Below are positions 10,091 through 23,132 of a stretch of 64,000 nucleotides of DNA, in pieces. How positions within the stretch are numbered: the first letter of the stretch is position 1; each line of letters opens with the position of its first letter. The notes under the pieces were generated by a model that was not told the DNA's origin, did not search any database, and saw only the letters and a program-made list of their open reading frames with translations. Source of the stretch: Octopus sinensis (lineage: Eukaryota); contig NC_042998.1 in NCBI RefSeq assembly GCF_006345805.1, positions 155,310,001 to 155,374,000 on the forward strand, given 5' to 3'. The position numbers and the translations under genes are program-made.

Positions 10091-11844
10091 CTAGCATTAT
10101 GACCCAGCAACACTGGGTCATAGAGCTAGTACATGTATATATGTGTATATATATGTGTACGTATTACATGTACTTTCTATATATATACATCTACACATAA
10201 AATACAAAATACAAAGTTATATCTTGATATTGCTAGTGATAACAATACTCAAAATATATAACAGACTGGAATTGTAGGCCCGTCTCTTGCAATTTCAATC
10301 AATTGTATCTTGCCCTCCCTCTTGTACAGAAGTGTGGCTACAATCCAGCCTACCTCTATTTCTGGGGGGACATTTAAAATTTTTATCTGGGACGTCCTAC
10401 GTCCCAGATATAGAGGTAAAAATAAAATATTTCCACTTTGCAAGGTTTGAGTTGAGTACTCCCCTGCACGCTCCGTTGACTCAAAACTTGCTTTTATTGT
10501 GGCAAATTTACTGCCTTTGGTTATCTTTCATAGTCGCACCAAGACACTTTTCAATGGTGCTTTATTCCAGGTGTTCAAATCTTTTTTTCTCTACAATGTA
10601 TACTTTATAGACAATAGTCTTTTCTTTAATTTAATTTTTTTTTTCGTTTGGTGGTGTTATTCTAGATTCACCGTCTTTGTCAGTAATCAATCCAAAATAG
10701 GTTTGTATTTCTTCCATTTTAATTTTAATGAGTTCGCGCCCGCCGATGGCTGCAGCGAAATTCCTTTTTGGACTTTCTTCTATTGAAAACATTTTAACAA
10801 AAATGCTTCCATATAAACGGTGAAAATATTGTCAATTTCCCCAAACAGGGACACAATTCAATTTTTAAACAATAACCAAAGCTACTTCTCCCAAAGGGAG
10901 AGGGTTACGGTTTACAATTATTTAACAAACGCAACACAACAACGCTTCCCTTACGAGGAACCAACAAACGTGATAACAATAGTTAAACAGTAATAATAAT
11001 AACACCAAAACTTACAGTGAATCAAAAGCAGTACGCAGTTGAAGCTATAGTCATTTATGTATAAGAAATAAACCAACAGCAGTACTCAGTAGAAGCGGCT
11101 GTTCGAGGAAAATAGACATTACATACAGCCAAACTTCATATAGATACTTAATGCTAGCAAATTAGCAGATAATCTAATGTAAAAGCTGTGGTATAGGGTA
11201 TGTGCACAGCTCCATCTGAACTATTCCATATCTGCACTTAAATTTTATTTTTTATTTATTTCCATTCATGTGAAATCACTTATTCAAGTTCAAGTCATTG
11301 ATGCAATTTTATACCAATTGCTAATTTTTACTTTTAATTGTTATGTTACAATTTAATTATTATATTATACTTTAGTTTGATTTTAATTATTACTTACTAC
11401 ATATAATTCAATTGTTATTATTATCTCTAATTTTTATTGTTAAAGTGAAAGTATCTGACATAAAATAGAGAAATGTTTTTGTTTCACTTTTAACATGTAA
11501 TACTGAAATAGTGGAGAAGATATGATATTGCTATGGGCTCGCCCTAGGCAAGAAGTTGAACATTTTTTTAGCCCATGAAACTACATGGACCCTCAGTAAG
11601 GCATGTGTAAAATTTGAATGAAATTGTTTGTGTATTTCTCAAGTTTTAGGGAATCATAGTGGAGAAGATATGATATTGCTGTGGGCTCGCCCTAGGCAAA
11701 AAGTTTAAAATATTTTTGCCAATGACACTCCCCGGACCCTAAGAAAGGCATGCGTAAAATTTGAATGAAATTGGTTGTGTAGTTCTCAAGTTTTAGGGAA
11801 ACACACAGAAAGACAGACACACACTCTCAGTTTTTATATATAGA
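10091..11844 (-). mobile_element. Non-autonomous Helitron-like element
   Basis: Minus-strand 5' end A|TCTATATATAAAAAC followed by a TG/TCTG microsatellite; candidate 3' end with a 10-bp hairpin (10098-10122) then CTAG|T; linkage of the two ends is inferred. Confidence 0.5.
11508..11800. repeat. Two tandem ~148-bp repeats
   Basis: ATAGTGGAGAAGATATGATATTGCT.TGGGCTCGCCCTAGGC starts at 11508 and 11656. Confidence 0.9.
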
Positions 11845-11914
11845 TATATATACATATATATATGAATACATATACATATATGTATGCATACATATATAAT
11901 TACTTGCCAGTGAT

Positions 11915-12100
11915 ACGTAAAAAGCACCCAATATACTCTTGGAGTAGTTGGCTTTTAGGATGGGCATCCAGCTGCAAAAACATTGCCAGATCATATAGGA
12001 GCCTGGTGTAGCCACTGGCTTTCCAGGCCTCAGTCAAACCATCCAACCTCTGCCAGCATGGAAAACAGATGTTTAACAATGATGATGAGGATGATGAGTA
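11915..12100 (+). mobile_element. Isolated RTE 3'-tail / RTE-tailed SINE fragment ending in (GAT)n
   Basis: Matches the tails at 21770-21930 and 47400-47580. Confidence 0.8.
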
Positions 12101-15100
12101 TCTGTGGTGTCTATTGTCCCTGTGCATCTGCAGCACAAGAAAGCTATTTTATCAGTTAATTTCCCTTTGATGTTGCTGCACCTCTTATGTGTCCATAGCT
12201 TACACTGGGTACATCTTATGGAGTTTCTACCTACACCTTTCCTACAGATCGAGCAGGGCCACCTGCCCGAGGGGGTGTGTGCTGAGTTTGCCTTTCTGCT
12301 TAATATAACTTTGGTCTTTGCTACAGTTACTCTAAAGCCCTTTGATTCTAACCCTTGCTTCCACACCCGAAATTTCTTTTCTAGTTCCGGTAGTGATTCT
12401 GCTATGAGAGCCAGGTCATCAGCATAGAGGAGCTCCCAGGGGCAACCTGTTTTGAATTCCTCTGTTATTGCCTGGAGGACTATGATGAATAAAAGGGTAC
12501 TGAGGGCTAAGCCTTGGTGTACACCTACTTCTACACGGAATTCTTCACTATATTCGTTGCCAATCCTAACCTTGCTGACAGCCTCACTGTATAGGGCCTG
12601 TACAGCCCTTATTAGCCATTCGTCAATCTCCAGTTTCCGCATCGACCACCAGATAAGGGATTGGAGGACCCTGTCAAAGGCTTTCTCCAAGTCCACAAAA
12701 GCTATGTAGAGGGGTTTATCTTTAGCTAGGTACTTCTCTTGCAGTTGTTGGACCAGGAATATAGCATCAGTGGTGCTTCTACCCGGAACAAAACTGAACT
12801 GCATCTCATCTAAGCAAATTCTCTCCCTAATGAGATGGGTTATGACCCTCTCTGTGACCTTCATCACCTGATCCAAAAGTTTAATACCCCTGTAGTTATT
12901 TCTATCTAGAGCATCACCCTTACCCTTGTAGCAGTTGACTATGGTGCTGCTACGCCAGTCATTGGGTATGACTCCATTATGGACTACCTGGTTTACAATG
13001 CGGGTGACTAGGCCATAGTCCATATAACCAGCTGTTTTAAGCATCTCAGCAGTGATTCCTGATGGGCCGGGGGCTTTACCTGGTTTCATACCCTTCATTG
13101 CCTTAACTACAAGGGAGCTTTCTATTCGGATAGCTGGTCCCTCTACTGGGTCAACTTTTGGCAGGCTCTCCTCCTCCCATTCATTCTCCACATTCAGCAG
13201 TCTTTCATAATGGCTTCTCCAAGCCTCTTTCTTTTCCAAATCATTAAAAGCAAGTGCCCCATCATCCATGCAGACACATTTCTCTCCTGTAACATCCCTA
13301 TTTTTTCTCACACACTGTCTAACAATCTGAAATACCTCAGTTCTTTGGTCCTCACGTTGCTGGACATTGGCAAACTTCTTATTTTCTGCTACATCTTTGG
13401 CTACCCAGCCTCCCAGCCTCCCTTTTGGCTACCCGGTACAGTTCCCTGCTACCCCCATCCCTCCAGGCTTTCCAGGCCTGTTTCTTTGCACTAATGGCTT
13501 TGTCTACTGCACTATTCCACCACTACATTGCACCATCCACATACTTGGTCTGTGGCACTCAGCAAGCTGTCCCGTAGGAATTTCCAGCTACCTTCTATGT
13601 CTGACGTCTGTAGCTCCTCCTCCCTCTCATCAAATTTCTTGATGAGGATGTCCCTAAATCTCTGACCATGTGTAGGGTTCTTTAGCTTCCAAATCCTTCT
13701 TTTCTGGATTGGTCTGTTTCTTGGAATCCTTCTGGCCTCAAGCATAAAGTCACTAATGATTAACCTATGCTGAGGGATACATTCTTCACCCAGGAGGGTC
13801 TTTGTATTTAAGAGCAACCCTGCATCCCGCTGTCTGGTGAGGATGAAGTCTATTTGGCTAGCGGAGTCTCCTGACTGATAGGTTATAAGGTGGCAGTCAG
13901 GCTTCCTGAAGTTAGTGTTGCAGATTAAAAGGTTACATGCATCACAGAATTCCAGTAGTCTAGTTCTCTCATCATTTGTGGTGCCAATACCATGGCCACC
14001 GTATACCCCAGTGAAGATACCCAATTCCCGCCCAACATGCCCATTAAAGTCTCCACCCACAAAGATGAGGTCCTTGGCACTAGTCTTTGAGGTGGCCTGT
14101 AGAAGGGTATCATAAAAGTGGTCCTTCTAATCATTTGGTAGCCCCGCATATGGGGCATAGACGGAGATAATCGTAGCTGTGCCACTCTGTAGGACTAACC
14201 TGAGCTTAAGCACTCTATCGCAGACCCTGACAACCTCTATGACCTTATCCACCCATTTCTCCACAAGGAGAATGCCTACACCCCCTACACCATCCATGTT
14301 ACCTTGCCAGAAGACTTTATACCTATGTGCCTTGCCTGTGAGGACCCTAGCTGAAGCACCTCTCCATTTTACCTCTTGTATGCAGCATACATCAACCCGT
14401 CTTCTCTCAAGCATCTCTACCATCTCACTAGACCTACCTTTCAGTGTACCAACATTGACAGTGCCAACTCTGAAAACTGGGAACGAGATGTGGGGAGGAG
14501 GGGTGCAATTCAGCGCCTGAAAAGAAGAGGGTTGTTGTGGTGGTGATCGTTTTTTAGGCATTTTTCATCTGATCTCTCTTCCGATCTGACAACATTCAAG
14601 CATTTAGGCATGCTAAGGTTGTGGCCCCTGCCGTAGGCAGGAGCTGGTGTTAGCAGCATTGTATGCATAAGCATTAAGGTCATTGATAATGTAGATGTAA
14701 GCTCTGTGGTAGAAATACTGAAATTCTAGGTGTTAGTAGCATTCTAAGCAAGCATTATGGTCATTGAGTAACGTAGTTTAAGCAGCGTAGCAGAAACATG
14801 GATATTCTAGTGTTGGGTTGGGGGGGAGGTTCCAGCTGAAAATTGGTTGCATTGCAGCGAGGAAGGGTTCCAGCAGAGAGGAGAGAGAGAGGGAGAGAAA
14901 GTGGGGGAGGGTAATATAGGGGAGCACCAGTGGGGAGGGGTGTTAGGAGAAACGATGACAGGTAGGGGTGGTGGCAGGTTCTAGACAGAATGAAACGTAG
15001 GATATCACGAGTGAGGGAGGGGACTGGAAGGAGATAACTGGTTGAGGTGGTGACAGATTTCAAAACAAAGAGAAACATAAGAAAACTGGTTAAGTGGGAC

Positions 15101-15420
15101 GGTTGATGAGCAGCTGCGCTAGCTGCTTCCGTTTTAGGGAAGAGAAGCAGGGGTAATACATAGTGAAATAGCATATTGAGGAGGAGGGGTTCGAGGAATA
15201 GACACATGTAATAGTGGTGGGAGAAGGGATATCCGGTGTAGATGGCATAGATGTTATCCGGTATTGGTGTTGGGGGTGGGAAAGGGCGGGCGCACCGCGA
15301 ATGGCAAAGTTTTGATTTGGGACAGAGCAGCAGAGATATGGAAATAGGAGTGAAAAGAATTAAGCAATCGGGGTTTGAAGAAACAATATTGTAGAGAACG
15401 AATAAAGTATCGTAGAGAAC
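12085..15420 (-). mobile_element. RTE LINE copy 1 (5' region, APE, RT and PHD; 3' truncated)
   Basis: VGTVNVGTLKG..., FVGGDFNGHVG, SQIDFIL, NYRGIKLLD, AFVDLEKAFD, GVHQG, LLYADD; several frameshifts. Confidence 0.95.
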
Positions 15421-15550
15421 GAGCAAAGAACAAAGTATCGTAGAGAAAGAAACAAAGTATCATAGAGAAAGAAACAAAGTATCATAGAGAAAGAAACAAA
15501 GTATCATAGAGAAAGAAACAAAGTATAATAGAGAAAGAAACAAATTATCA
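15391..15550. repeat. 22-bp minisatellite, ~7 units
   Basis: Unit AAAGAAACAAAGTATCATAGAG, abutting the 5' end of RTE copy 1. Confidence 0.9.
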
Positions 15551-16052
15551 TCACACAGGGATGAATTATTACGAGATAGGACTAAAAATGAAAAGATTAT
15601 ATTTGGGGGACAATATCAACAGTTAGCTCATGAAAAAAAAACAACAAGTAGATTAGTGAATAGATAAAACATTTGAAGTGTTAGTGGCGAATGTAGTATG
15701 AGGGGTCAAGAAATGAAATGAGTAATTCTTAGCTTAGCTAGCTTCGGACATCACAGATATATTTATATATATAAATCCAAGAAAGAGAGAACAAATTTCA
15801 ATGGTCAGTGTTCATATTCACTCAATATATTTCAAAGCATTGGAATACTTCACAGCATACATAGATGTACTAATATATACATGATATAATATAAAAATAT
15901 GTAAATACATAAATGTACTTGCAAGGTTGTATGTCCATATTAAAATCAATGGGGATATTAAAATATGCACATGGTGAATGTAGAGTGGTAATCCAAATAG
16001 ATGAAATGGTGGTATAAAATTATTTAAGAAGAATCTTCTGTAGGTACAGAGT

Positions 16053-16136
16053 CTGACGGCCGTTTCAAGAAAATATAGGTTGGTATGGTAGAGTTAATTC
16101 CAACCATAACAATCATCTACACTTCTCTCATCAGAG
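16053..16136 (-). ncRNA. Type I hammerhead motif with GGCC palindromic stem III
   Basis: CUGAUGA-GAGAAG...UUUCUU-GAAA-C GGCC G-UC; GUC triplet; stem I only 2 bp. Confidence 0.65.
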
Positions 16137-16290
16137 TTAATCTAAGAGGATTTATAAAAGAGTTATTTAAATCTTAAAGTTTTAAGCAACATGAGAAATT
16201 TAAGAATTTTAAAAATCTGATTGCTGTGTCAGGACATACTCTTCAGGTGAATGATATATAATATAATAAGAGCTAAATTTACATGTTTAA

Positions 16291-17378
16291 CCCTTTCATT
16301 ACTATATTTCTGACCAAAATACACACCTTATGTGTTTCTATTAATTTCTAACATAATCATAAATTTAGTCTGGTTTCATTAAACAACTATAACTTTTTTA
16401 TTTATCAATATATTAATGTGATTTTTGGAAGATAATTTAATGAAATGTTCTCAACCAATTCTATACTATAATCTTTGTCACAAAGCGACTCTAATTGCAG
16501 GTAGATACAGGTAAATTCAACAAAATATAAAATTATTAAAATTTTTGTTCAAACATCGCTATAGAAAATGGGTTATTAGCTAATATTCAATTGGGTATAC
16601 AACAAAATTTTACTATAGAATTTGTTATTCTGGGTAACTTTCTGATACCCATAATAATATTTATGGCAAAATAAGCCTTAATTTCATTTAAGGTAGTGGG
16701 AAACCACAAAGTATCCTTTCTTTTGCTTTGTTTACATTTAGCGTAATGATTCGTTTCCGCTGTAATGATTTCAAACAGGCTCATTCGAAAAAGTAAAAAG
16801 AAATAGTCTAAGGCTTTACTCTCCTGGGAAAGATTGTGGCTTGGTCCAGTTTCTTCAGAAAAATCACTCAAAGAAACAGTTTTTAAATTTTTACTCCATT
16901 CAGATGCCAATTCATTTTCTTTATTGCTGTCGGAGCTCTCGGATTCACTGTTTCATTTTCGGAAAATGAAACATCGGATTCATTATCAAATACCACGTGC
17001 TTTTTTTTTTCAGTCATAGAGTTAGATTTATCAAGGTCTTCAGTAGAAAATCCTTCGAATTCTGACTCACTGCTTGATATAATGAAATTCGTATCCATTT
17101 TTTGTCAGAATTACAAATTTTGAAAACACAATAGGAACAAATTTCGGAAAAAAATCTCCCAAAATTCACGGAATTAAAATTACACTTCGATCGTTGTACA
17201 AAACTGTAGATGAACTGTTTACAAAGTATAATCAGGTGTTTTCACGAATGTACTAAAGAGATTTGCTCTGATATTCTCATTTAAATATGAATAGGTAAAT
17301 GCGGGTGGGTTTGGGTGGTTTGGTCACATAAACCTAAATTTTTTTCGGGTGGCTTTGGGCAGTTTGGTAATGAAAGGG
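16291..17378 (-). mobile_element. Non-autonomous piggyBac element, copy 2
   Basis: TTAA at 16287-16290 and 17379-17382; TIR CCCTTTCATTAC/GTAATGAAAGGG; same truncated transposase, here frameshifted. Confidence 0.92.
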
Positions 17379-18499
17379 TTAAATAGATTATGAAATTATA
17401 GATAATAGTGTTTCAAGATGACTCCAAATCATATACACTAATTATCTTTTGAAAAAATTTTAAAGTTGATAAATATTCATGTGTAGAAAGAATAATGACA
17501 TCTGAGATCTTATTAAGTAAAATTTTTTTGTCAGCACAGAGTATATTAATCAATTCTTTTGTGCATAATTTATAATTTCTGGTGTGTGTGTTGTATGGTA
17601 TGATTTCCATTATAATTGACCAATCCAGAATGAATTCTTTATTATGCATTTTTAATTTATTAATGTGGGTAGCTGGTACGGTTGAGTTTTTTGTTTCTTG
17701 ATTAATAAATGAATTTGTGCACCCCCTGTATCTAGTTTTACAGTTAGTTGTACTTCCTATGTATATCTTCTTTGATTGATTAAGGGTTGAAACCTTAACT
17801 TTATGCACAGACTAAGGGATATAAATCCCGGTTACAGAAATTACATGTTTTATTTCCATGCTTTGCCTTTATATTTTTAATATCAGAATTCTTATTATTA
17901 TTATTCATATTGAGGCTAGCTATATTGTTATCTCTATCGAAACCTTTATTACTCTCTCTCTCTCTCTCTCTATGAAATGAGGTTTTGTCATTTCAACCTC
18001 GTTTCATCTACTCTTCTATTTCTGCACAGATCATAAACCCCTATTAGCTCTTTTCATTATTCTGTCTATTTCAGTATCATGTCATCATGTAAATATAGAT
18101 TTCAATAGTCTCGTCTTCCTTGCTGTTCCCTTAAGATAACCTTAGTTCACGCATTTCCTTAATCGCAACATACTCATTTATTCATTCATCTATTAAAGTT
18201 TTATCACAGTCACTTATTACTCTAATTTTGTCTTAGCTTGTCTGACCGAAAACTCTCAGATTTTTCAAGTCTATTTTACTATTATCAACATTTGCTGTCT
18301 CGTTAAAATATGCTATGCAGATCCCAAAAGAATATTTTCCTCCCTCGTGTTCTTCATCACTTCCCCTCTTTCTCTCTCTCTATTTCACTCTGTCTCTCTC
18401 TCCTTTTGATTACCACTTGCTTCGCCAAGACTTCCACCACCACCACCACCATTACCACCACATATAAACCAGTGCACGCAGAAGATGCTCTCCTCTGAA

Positions 18500-21400
18500 C
18501 TTCCTAGTTCAGGGTGCGTACACCCACCCATCCCCTCCACCTGTACCAGAAGTCCCTATCGTTCCTATGTTTTGTCATCTTTGGTTGTCTCCCATGAACA
18601 CTTCTAAAAGCTTACACCATCACCACCCCTACATAGGGCTATCCCCTATGTAAGGTAGTGATCATATAGTGCAAAAATATGACATGAATGCTATTGTATT
18701 GTTTGCTTATGAATTCTGCCAAATGTGAGTTTTCTTTTCAGGTACATGAAGCTACTGTTCCCCGTCCCAGGGTCTCACAGGCCCATACCTCCAACACTCT
18801 CAGGGTTGGCACACTGAAAGGTAGGTCTAGTGAGATTGTCGATATGTGCTGCATCCAAGAAGTAAGGTGGAGAGGAGGTTCTGCTAGGCTCCTCAGAGGC
18901 AAAGAACACAGGTACAAAATTTTCTGGGCAGAGAACACTGATGGGGTCAGGGGCGTGGGTATACTTCTTACTGAGAAATGAGTAGATAAGGTAATCGAGG
19001 TAGTCAGAGTATGCGACAGAATACTTAAGATTAGATTAGTGCTTTATCATGGGTTAGCAACCGTTATATTGGCTTCCATGATGTACATGGAGGCTACGGT
19101 TTTGGTTCTTGCAATGAGAAGGAAAGCAGGCTACTGGAGTTCTGCGATGAAAATGATCTTATGGTTTGCAATACTAACTTCAGGAAACCTGCCAGTCACC
19201 TACTGTTCTGGCAGACACACTAGCCAAATTGACTACATCCTCACCAGAAAAAGGGAAAGATGGCTGCTTATAAATGCCAAAACCTTCCCAGGCGAAGAAT
19301 GTACCCCACAACATAGACTGTTAGTTAGCGACTTCAGGATCAGGGCTAAGTGGTTGCTCAGAAGACGACCAGCATGGAGAAGAAGGGTCTGGAAGCTTAA
19401 AGATCATGCAGATGAATAGAGTTTTAGAGACATGTTACTTGAAGCCTTTGACGAAATAGAAGAGGATATAGCTTCACATGATGTAGAAGACAAGAGGATT
19501 CTATGGGACAACCTGCTGAAGGCCAATGACCAGATCTGTGGATGGTGCAAAGTCTCCCCTCGACCCAAAATAATGTGGTGGTGGAATAATGTTATTGACA
19601 GGGCTATTACAGAAAAGAAAGAGGCTAGGAAGAATGGTGGTAGCAGGGAGTTGCATCAGACTGCCAGAAGGGAAGCTAGGAGACAGATTTATTTAACCAG
19701 AGGGGAAGCAGATAAGAAAAAATTTGCCAATGTTCTGTGCTGTGAGGACAAAAGACTTGAGGTATTTTGTGTTGCAAAAAGTGTGTGAAAGAAAATCATG
19801 ATGTTGTAGGAGGAAAATGTGTCTGCATGGATGATGGTTCATTTGCACTAAACGAGGCTGCAAAGAGTGATGTTTGGAGATGCCACTATGAAAGGTTGCT
19901 CAATAAAGAAAATGAATGGGAAAAAGAGAGTCTGCCAAATGTCGACCCAACAGAGGGACCAGCTATCCGAGTTGACAGTACCTTGGTAGATAAAGCAATT
20001 AAGAGTATGAAGACAGGGAAAACCCCCGGCCCATTAGGAATCACTGCAGAGATGCTCAAAATATCTGGCAGTGTCGGCTATAGCTTAGTCACCCATATAG
20101 TTAACCAGGTGATACATGAAGGAGTCATATCCAATGACTGGTGTAGCAGCATAATAGTCAACAGCTACAAAGGAAAAGGTGACGCTTTAGATACAAATAA
20201 TTACAGAGGTATCAAGTTGTTGGATCAGGTAATGAAGGTCACGAGTACAGTGAAGAATTCCAGGTAGAGGTAGGGATCCACCAAGGTTCAGTCCTAAGCT
20301 CCCTCCTATTTATCATAGTCCTCCAGGTAATAACAGAGGAATTAATGACAGGATGCCCCTGGGAGCTCCTCTATGTTGATGACCTTGCTCTAATTGCTGA
20401 GTCACTATCAGAACTAGAGAAGTTTCAGGTGTGGAAACAAGGATTAGAATCGAAGGGCCTTAGAGCCAACCCAGCTAAAACCAAAGTTCTAATAAGTAGG
20501 AAGGCAGACAAACCACAAATCCCTTCAGGTTGATGGCTTTGCTCGATTTGTAGAAAAGGCGTAGGTAGAAACTCTATAAGATGTACCCAGTGTAAGCTAT
20601 GGACACATAAGAGGTGCAGCAATGTCAAAGGAAGGCTAACTTGGAAGATGGTTTTTGTATGTGGCAAATGCTCAGGAGCAATAAACAGTGAAAAAGTGCA
20701 GAGAACAACTTCCACCATATTACAGGGAGAAAAACTAGAAGTAGTTAATAAATCCTTAAATCCTTAAAAAAGTTTTAGCCCGAAGGCCGCGGCCATGCTG
20801 GGGTACCACCATAGCTTGTGTTACCTAGGTGACCAAGTCAGTAGTGGGGGAGGGTGTGCTGAAAGTATAGTTGCTAGAATAAGAATAGCCTGAGCAAAGT
20901 TCAGAGAGCTCTTACCTCTTCTGGTGACAAAGGGCCTCTTGCTCAGAATAAAAGGTTGACTGTACGACGCATGTGTATGAACAGCCATGCTACATGGCAG
21001 TGAAACATGGGCCGTGACTGCTGAGGAGATGTGTTAGCTCACAAGGAATGAAGCCAGGATGCTCTGATGAATGTGTAATGTCAGTGTGTATACTTGACAA
21101 TGCGTAATTACCTTGAGAGAAAAGTTGGACCTAAGAAGCATTTGATGTGGTGTGCAAGATGGTCATGTGTCAAGAATGGATGAGGATAGCTGTGTGAAAA
21201 AGTGCCACACCCTAGCAGTTGAGGGAACCTGTGGAAGACCTGGATGAAGTGGTGAAGCATGACCTTCGAACATTAGGCCTCACCAAGGCAATGACTAGTG
21301 ACCAAGACCTTTGGAAATATGCTGTGCTTGAGAAGACTCAGCAAGCCAAGTGAGACCATAACCTCATGGCCTATGCCAGGTGTGTAACCTGACCACTTAT

Positions 21401-21930
21401 GCATACATTTCCTTTATTGGACACTAAACTCTGCTTGCAGAGGCAAGTGAAATCGAAATCAAATTTGATGACTGGCATCCGTGCCAGTGGAGGGCTATCG
21501 CACCATCTGAGCATGATCGTTACCAGAGCAGCTAACTGGCTTCCATGCTAGTGGGACGTAAAAAGCACCATGCAAGTGTGATTGTTTCCAGCGTCGCCTT
21601 ACTGGCACTTGTGCCGGTGGTACATGAAAAAACATTCAAATGAGGTCATTGCCAGGTGCCATTGGACTGGCTTCTATGCAGGTGGCATGTAAAAACACCA
21701 TTTGAGCATGGCCATTGCCAGTACTGCCTGACTGGTCCTCATGCCTGTGGCACGTAAAATCACCCACTACACTCTTGGAGTGGTTGGCGTTAGGAAGGGC
21801 ATCCAATTGTAGAAACTATGTCAGATCAAATTGGAGCCTGGTGCAGCCATCTGGTTCGGCAGTCCTCAGTCAAATCGTCCAACCCATCTAGCATGGAAAA
21901 TGGACATTAAACAATGATGATGATGGTGAT
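18500..21930 (+). mobile_element. RTE LINE copy 2, near full-length, heavily decayed
   Basis: APE, RT and PHD fragments in several frames, 3' UTR and (GAT)n tail. Confidence 0.93.
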
Positions 21931-21934
21931 GAAC

Positions 21935-23091
21935 AGGTAAAACCCAACCATTCCATAAAATTAATGGAAACCTTAGATATATTAATGCTAATAGTAATCA
22001 TCCACCCTAAATTAAGAAATCATTGACAGATAATATAAGTAAAAGAATATCGTTGCTTTCTTCTAATTTTGAGATTTTCCAAAAACACACACTTTATTAT
22101 AATGAAGCACTGTGGGTGGCGGGGTATATTGATAATATTGAATTCTTTCATCATTCTAAATATAATTATAATATAAAAGATTATAATATAAATGATTCCT
22201 ATATTTTTTATAATAATAAACTCAACATTAAGAATTATGATAAGTTTTATTTAAGTAATTATGGTATTAAAAATATGTATTATGATGATACAGAACATAA
22301 ATATAATAATAAACTAAAAAATAAGATTAAATTTAATTCATTTAATGATAATGATAAATTTAATCATATAAAAAATAAATATAATAGTATTAATAATATG
22401 AACAAAATTTGGTTAATTATTCCTTATGGAGCTCAAGTTAAAACAAATATTATTAAAGAGATTTTAACTATAATTGAAGTATTCATTAGAGATTATAAAA
22501 AATATAATAACATTTTTTTTCTAGTAATAATTTTGGAGTTGGTTATTCTACTGCTAATAATGTTGGTAACATTATTTCTTCTTTTAATAAATTTAAGCTG
22601 AATAAGTTTTACAAAAACAAATCAAATAATTATTCCAATAATAATAATAAAGACCAGAATATAATCAATTGTACATGTAGAGATAAAACTAAATGTAATT
22701 TCAATGATGTAGTATATAAATGTCTAGTGACTTTGATGATAATAATAAGAATGGTTATAAGTGAAATACGATTTACATAGGGTCAACTTCTAATAAAATT
22801 AAATTACGGGTGGCTCAACACATGAATTCTTTTAAGAATAGAAATTTAATTAATTCTACTGGCCTTAGCAAATATATATGGGAACTAAAATCTAAAAATA
22901 TTAAGTACAATTTAAATTGGGAGCTAGTTTCTAAGGCAAAATCATATCGAATAGGTAGTAAGTTTTGTTTATTATGTACTAACGAATTTAAGGAGATATT
23001 ATTACCTAATAATAAAAAATTGATTAATTTATTAGATGAACGAAAAATTAAATGTAGACATAAATTAAATTACTTATATAAGTTTAGCTAA
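21935..23091 (+). mobile_element. PLE RT C-terminus plus GIY-YIG endonuclease remnant
   Basis: NISKRISLLSSNFEIF...YNEALWVAGY; VVYKCLV; IYIGSTSN; HMNSFKN...STGLSKYIWELK...FCLLC...KCRH. Confidence 0.85.
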
Positions 23092-23093
23092 TT

Positions 23094-23130
<37 letters not shown>

Positions 23131-23132
<2 letters not shown>

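Larger units (their letters stand above)
15560..17808 (-). mobile_element. PLE 3' end (GIY-YIG fragment plus downstream pLTR-like DNA), interrupted by piggyBac copy 2
   Basis: ORF 17413-17808: KKIYIGSTTNCKTRY...LDWSII...PYN.....KLCTKE; hammerhead downstream. Confidence 0.75.

Noticed and set aside
11915-12100. Twin-priming inversion of RTE copy 1
   Set aside because: The tail lies on the wrong side and in the wrong orientation for a 5' inversion; an independent insertion or rearrangement is more likely
15391-15550. CRISPR-like regular repeat
   Set aside because: Units are contiguous with no unique spacers; eukaryotic minisatellite
17972-18008. 13-bp hairpin ATGAAATGAGGTT/AACCTCGTTTCAT
   Set aside because: No CUGANGA core on either strand
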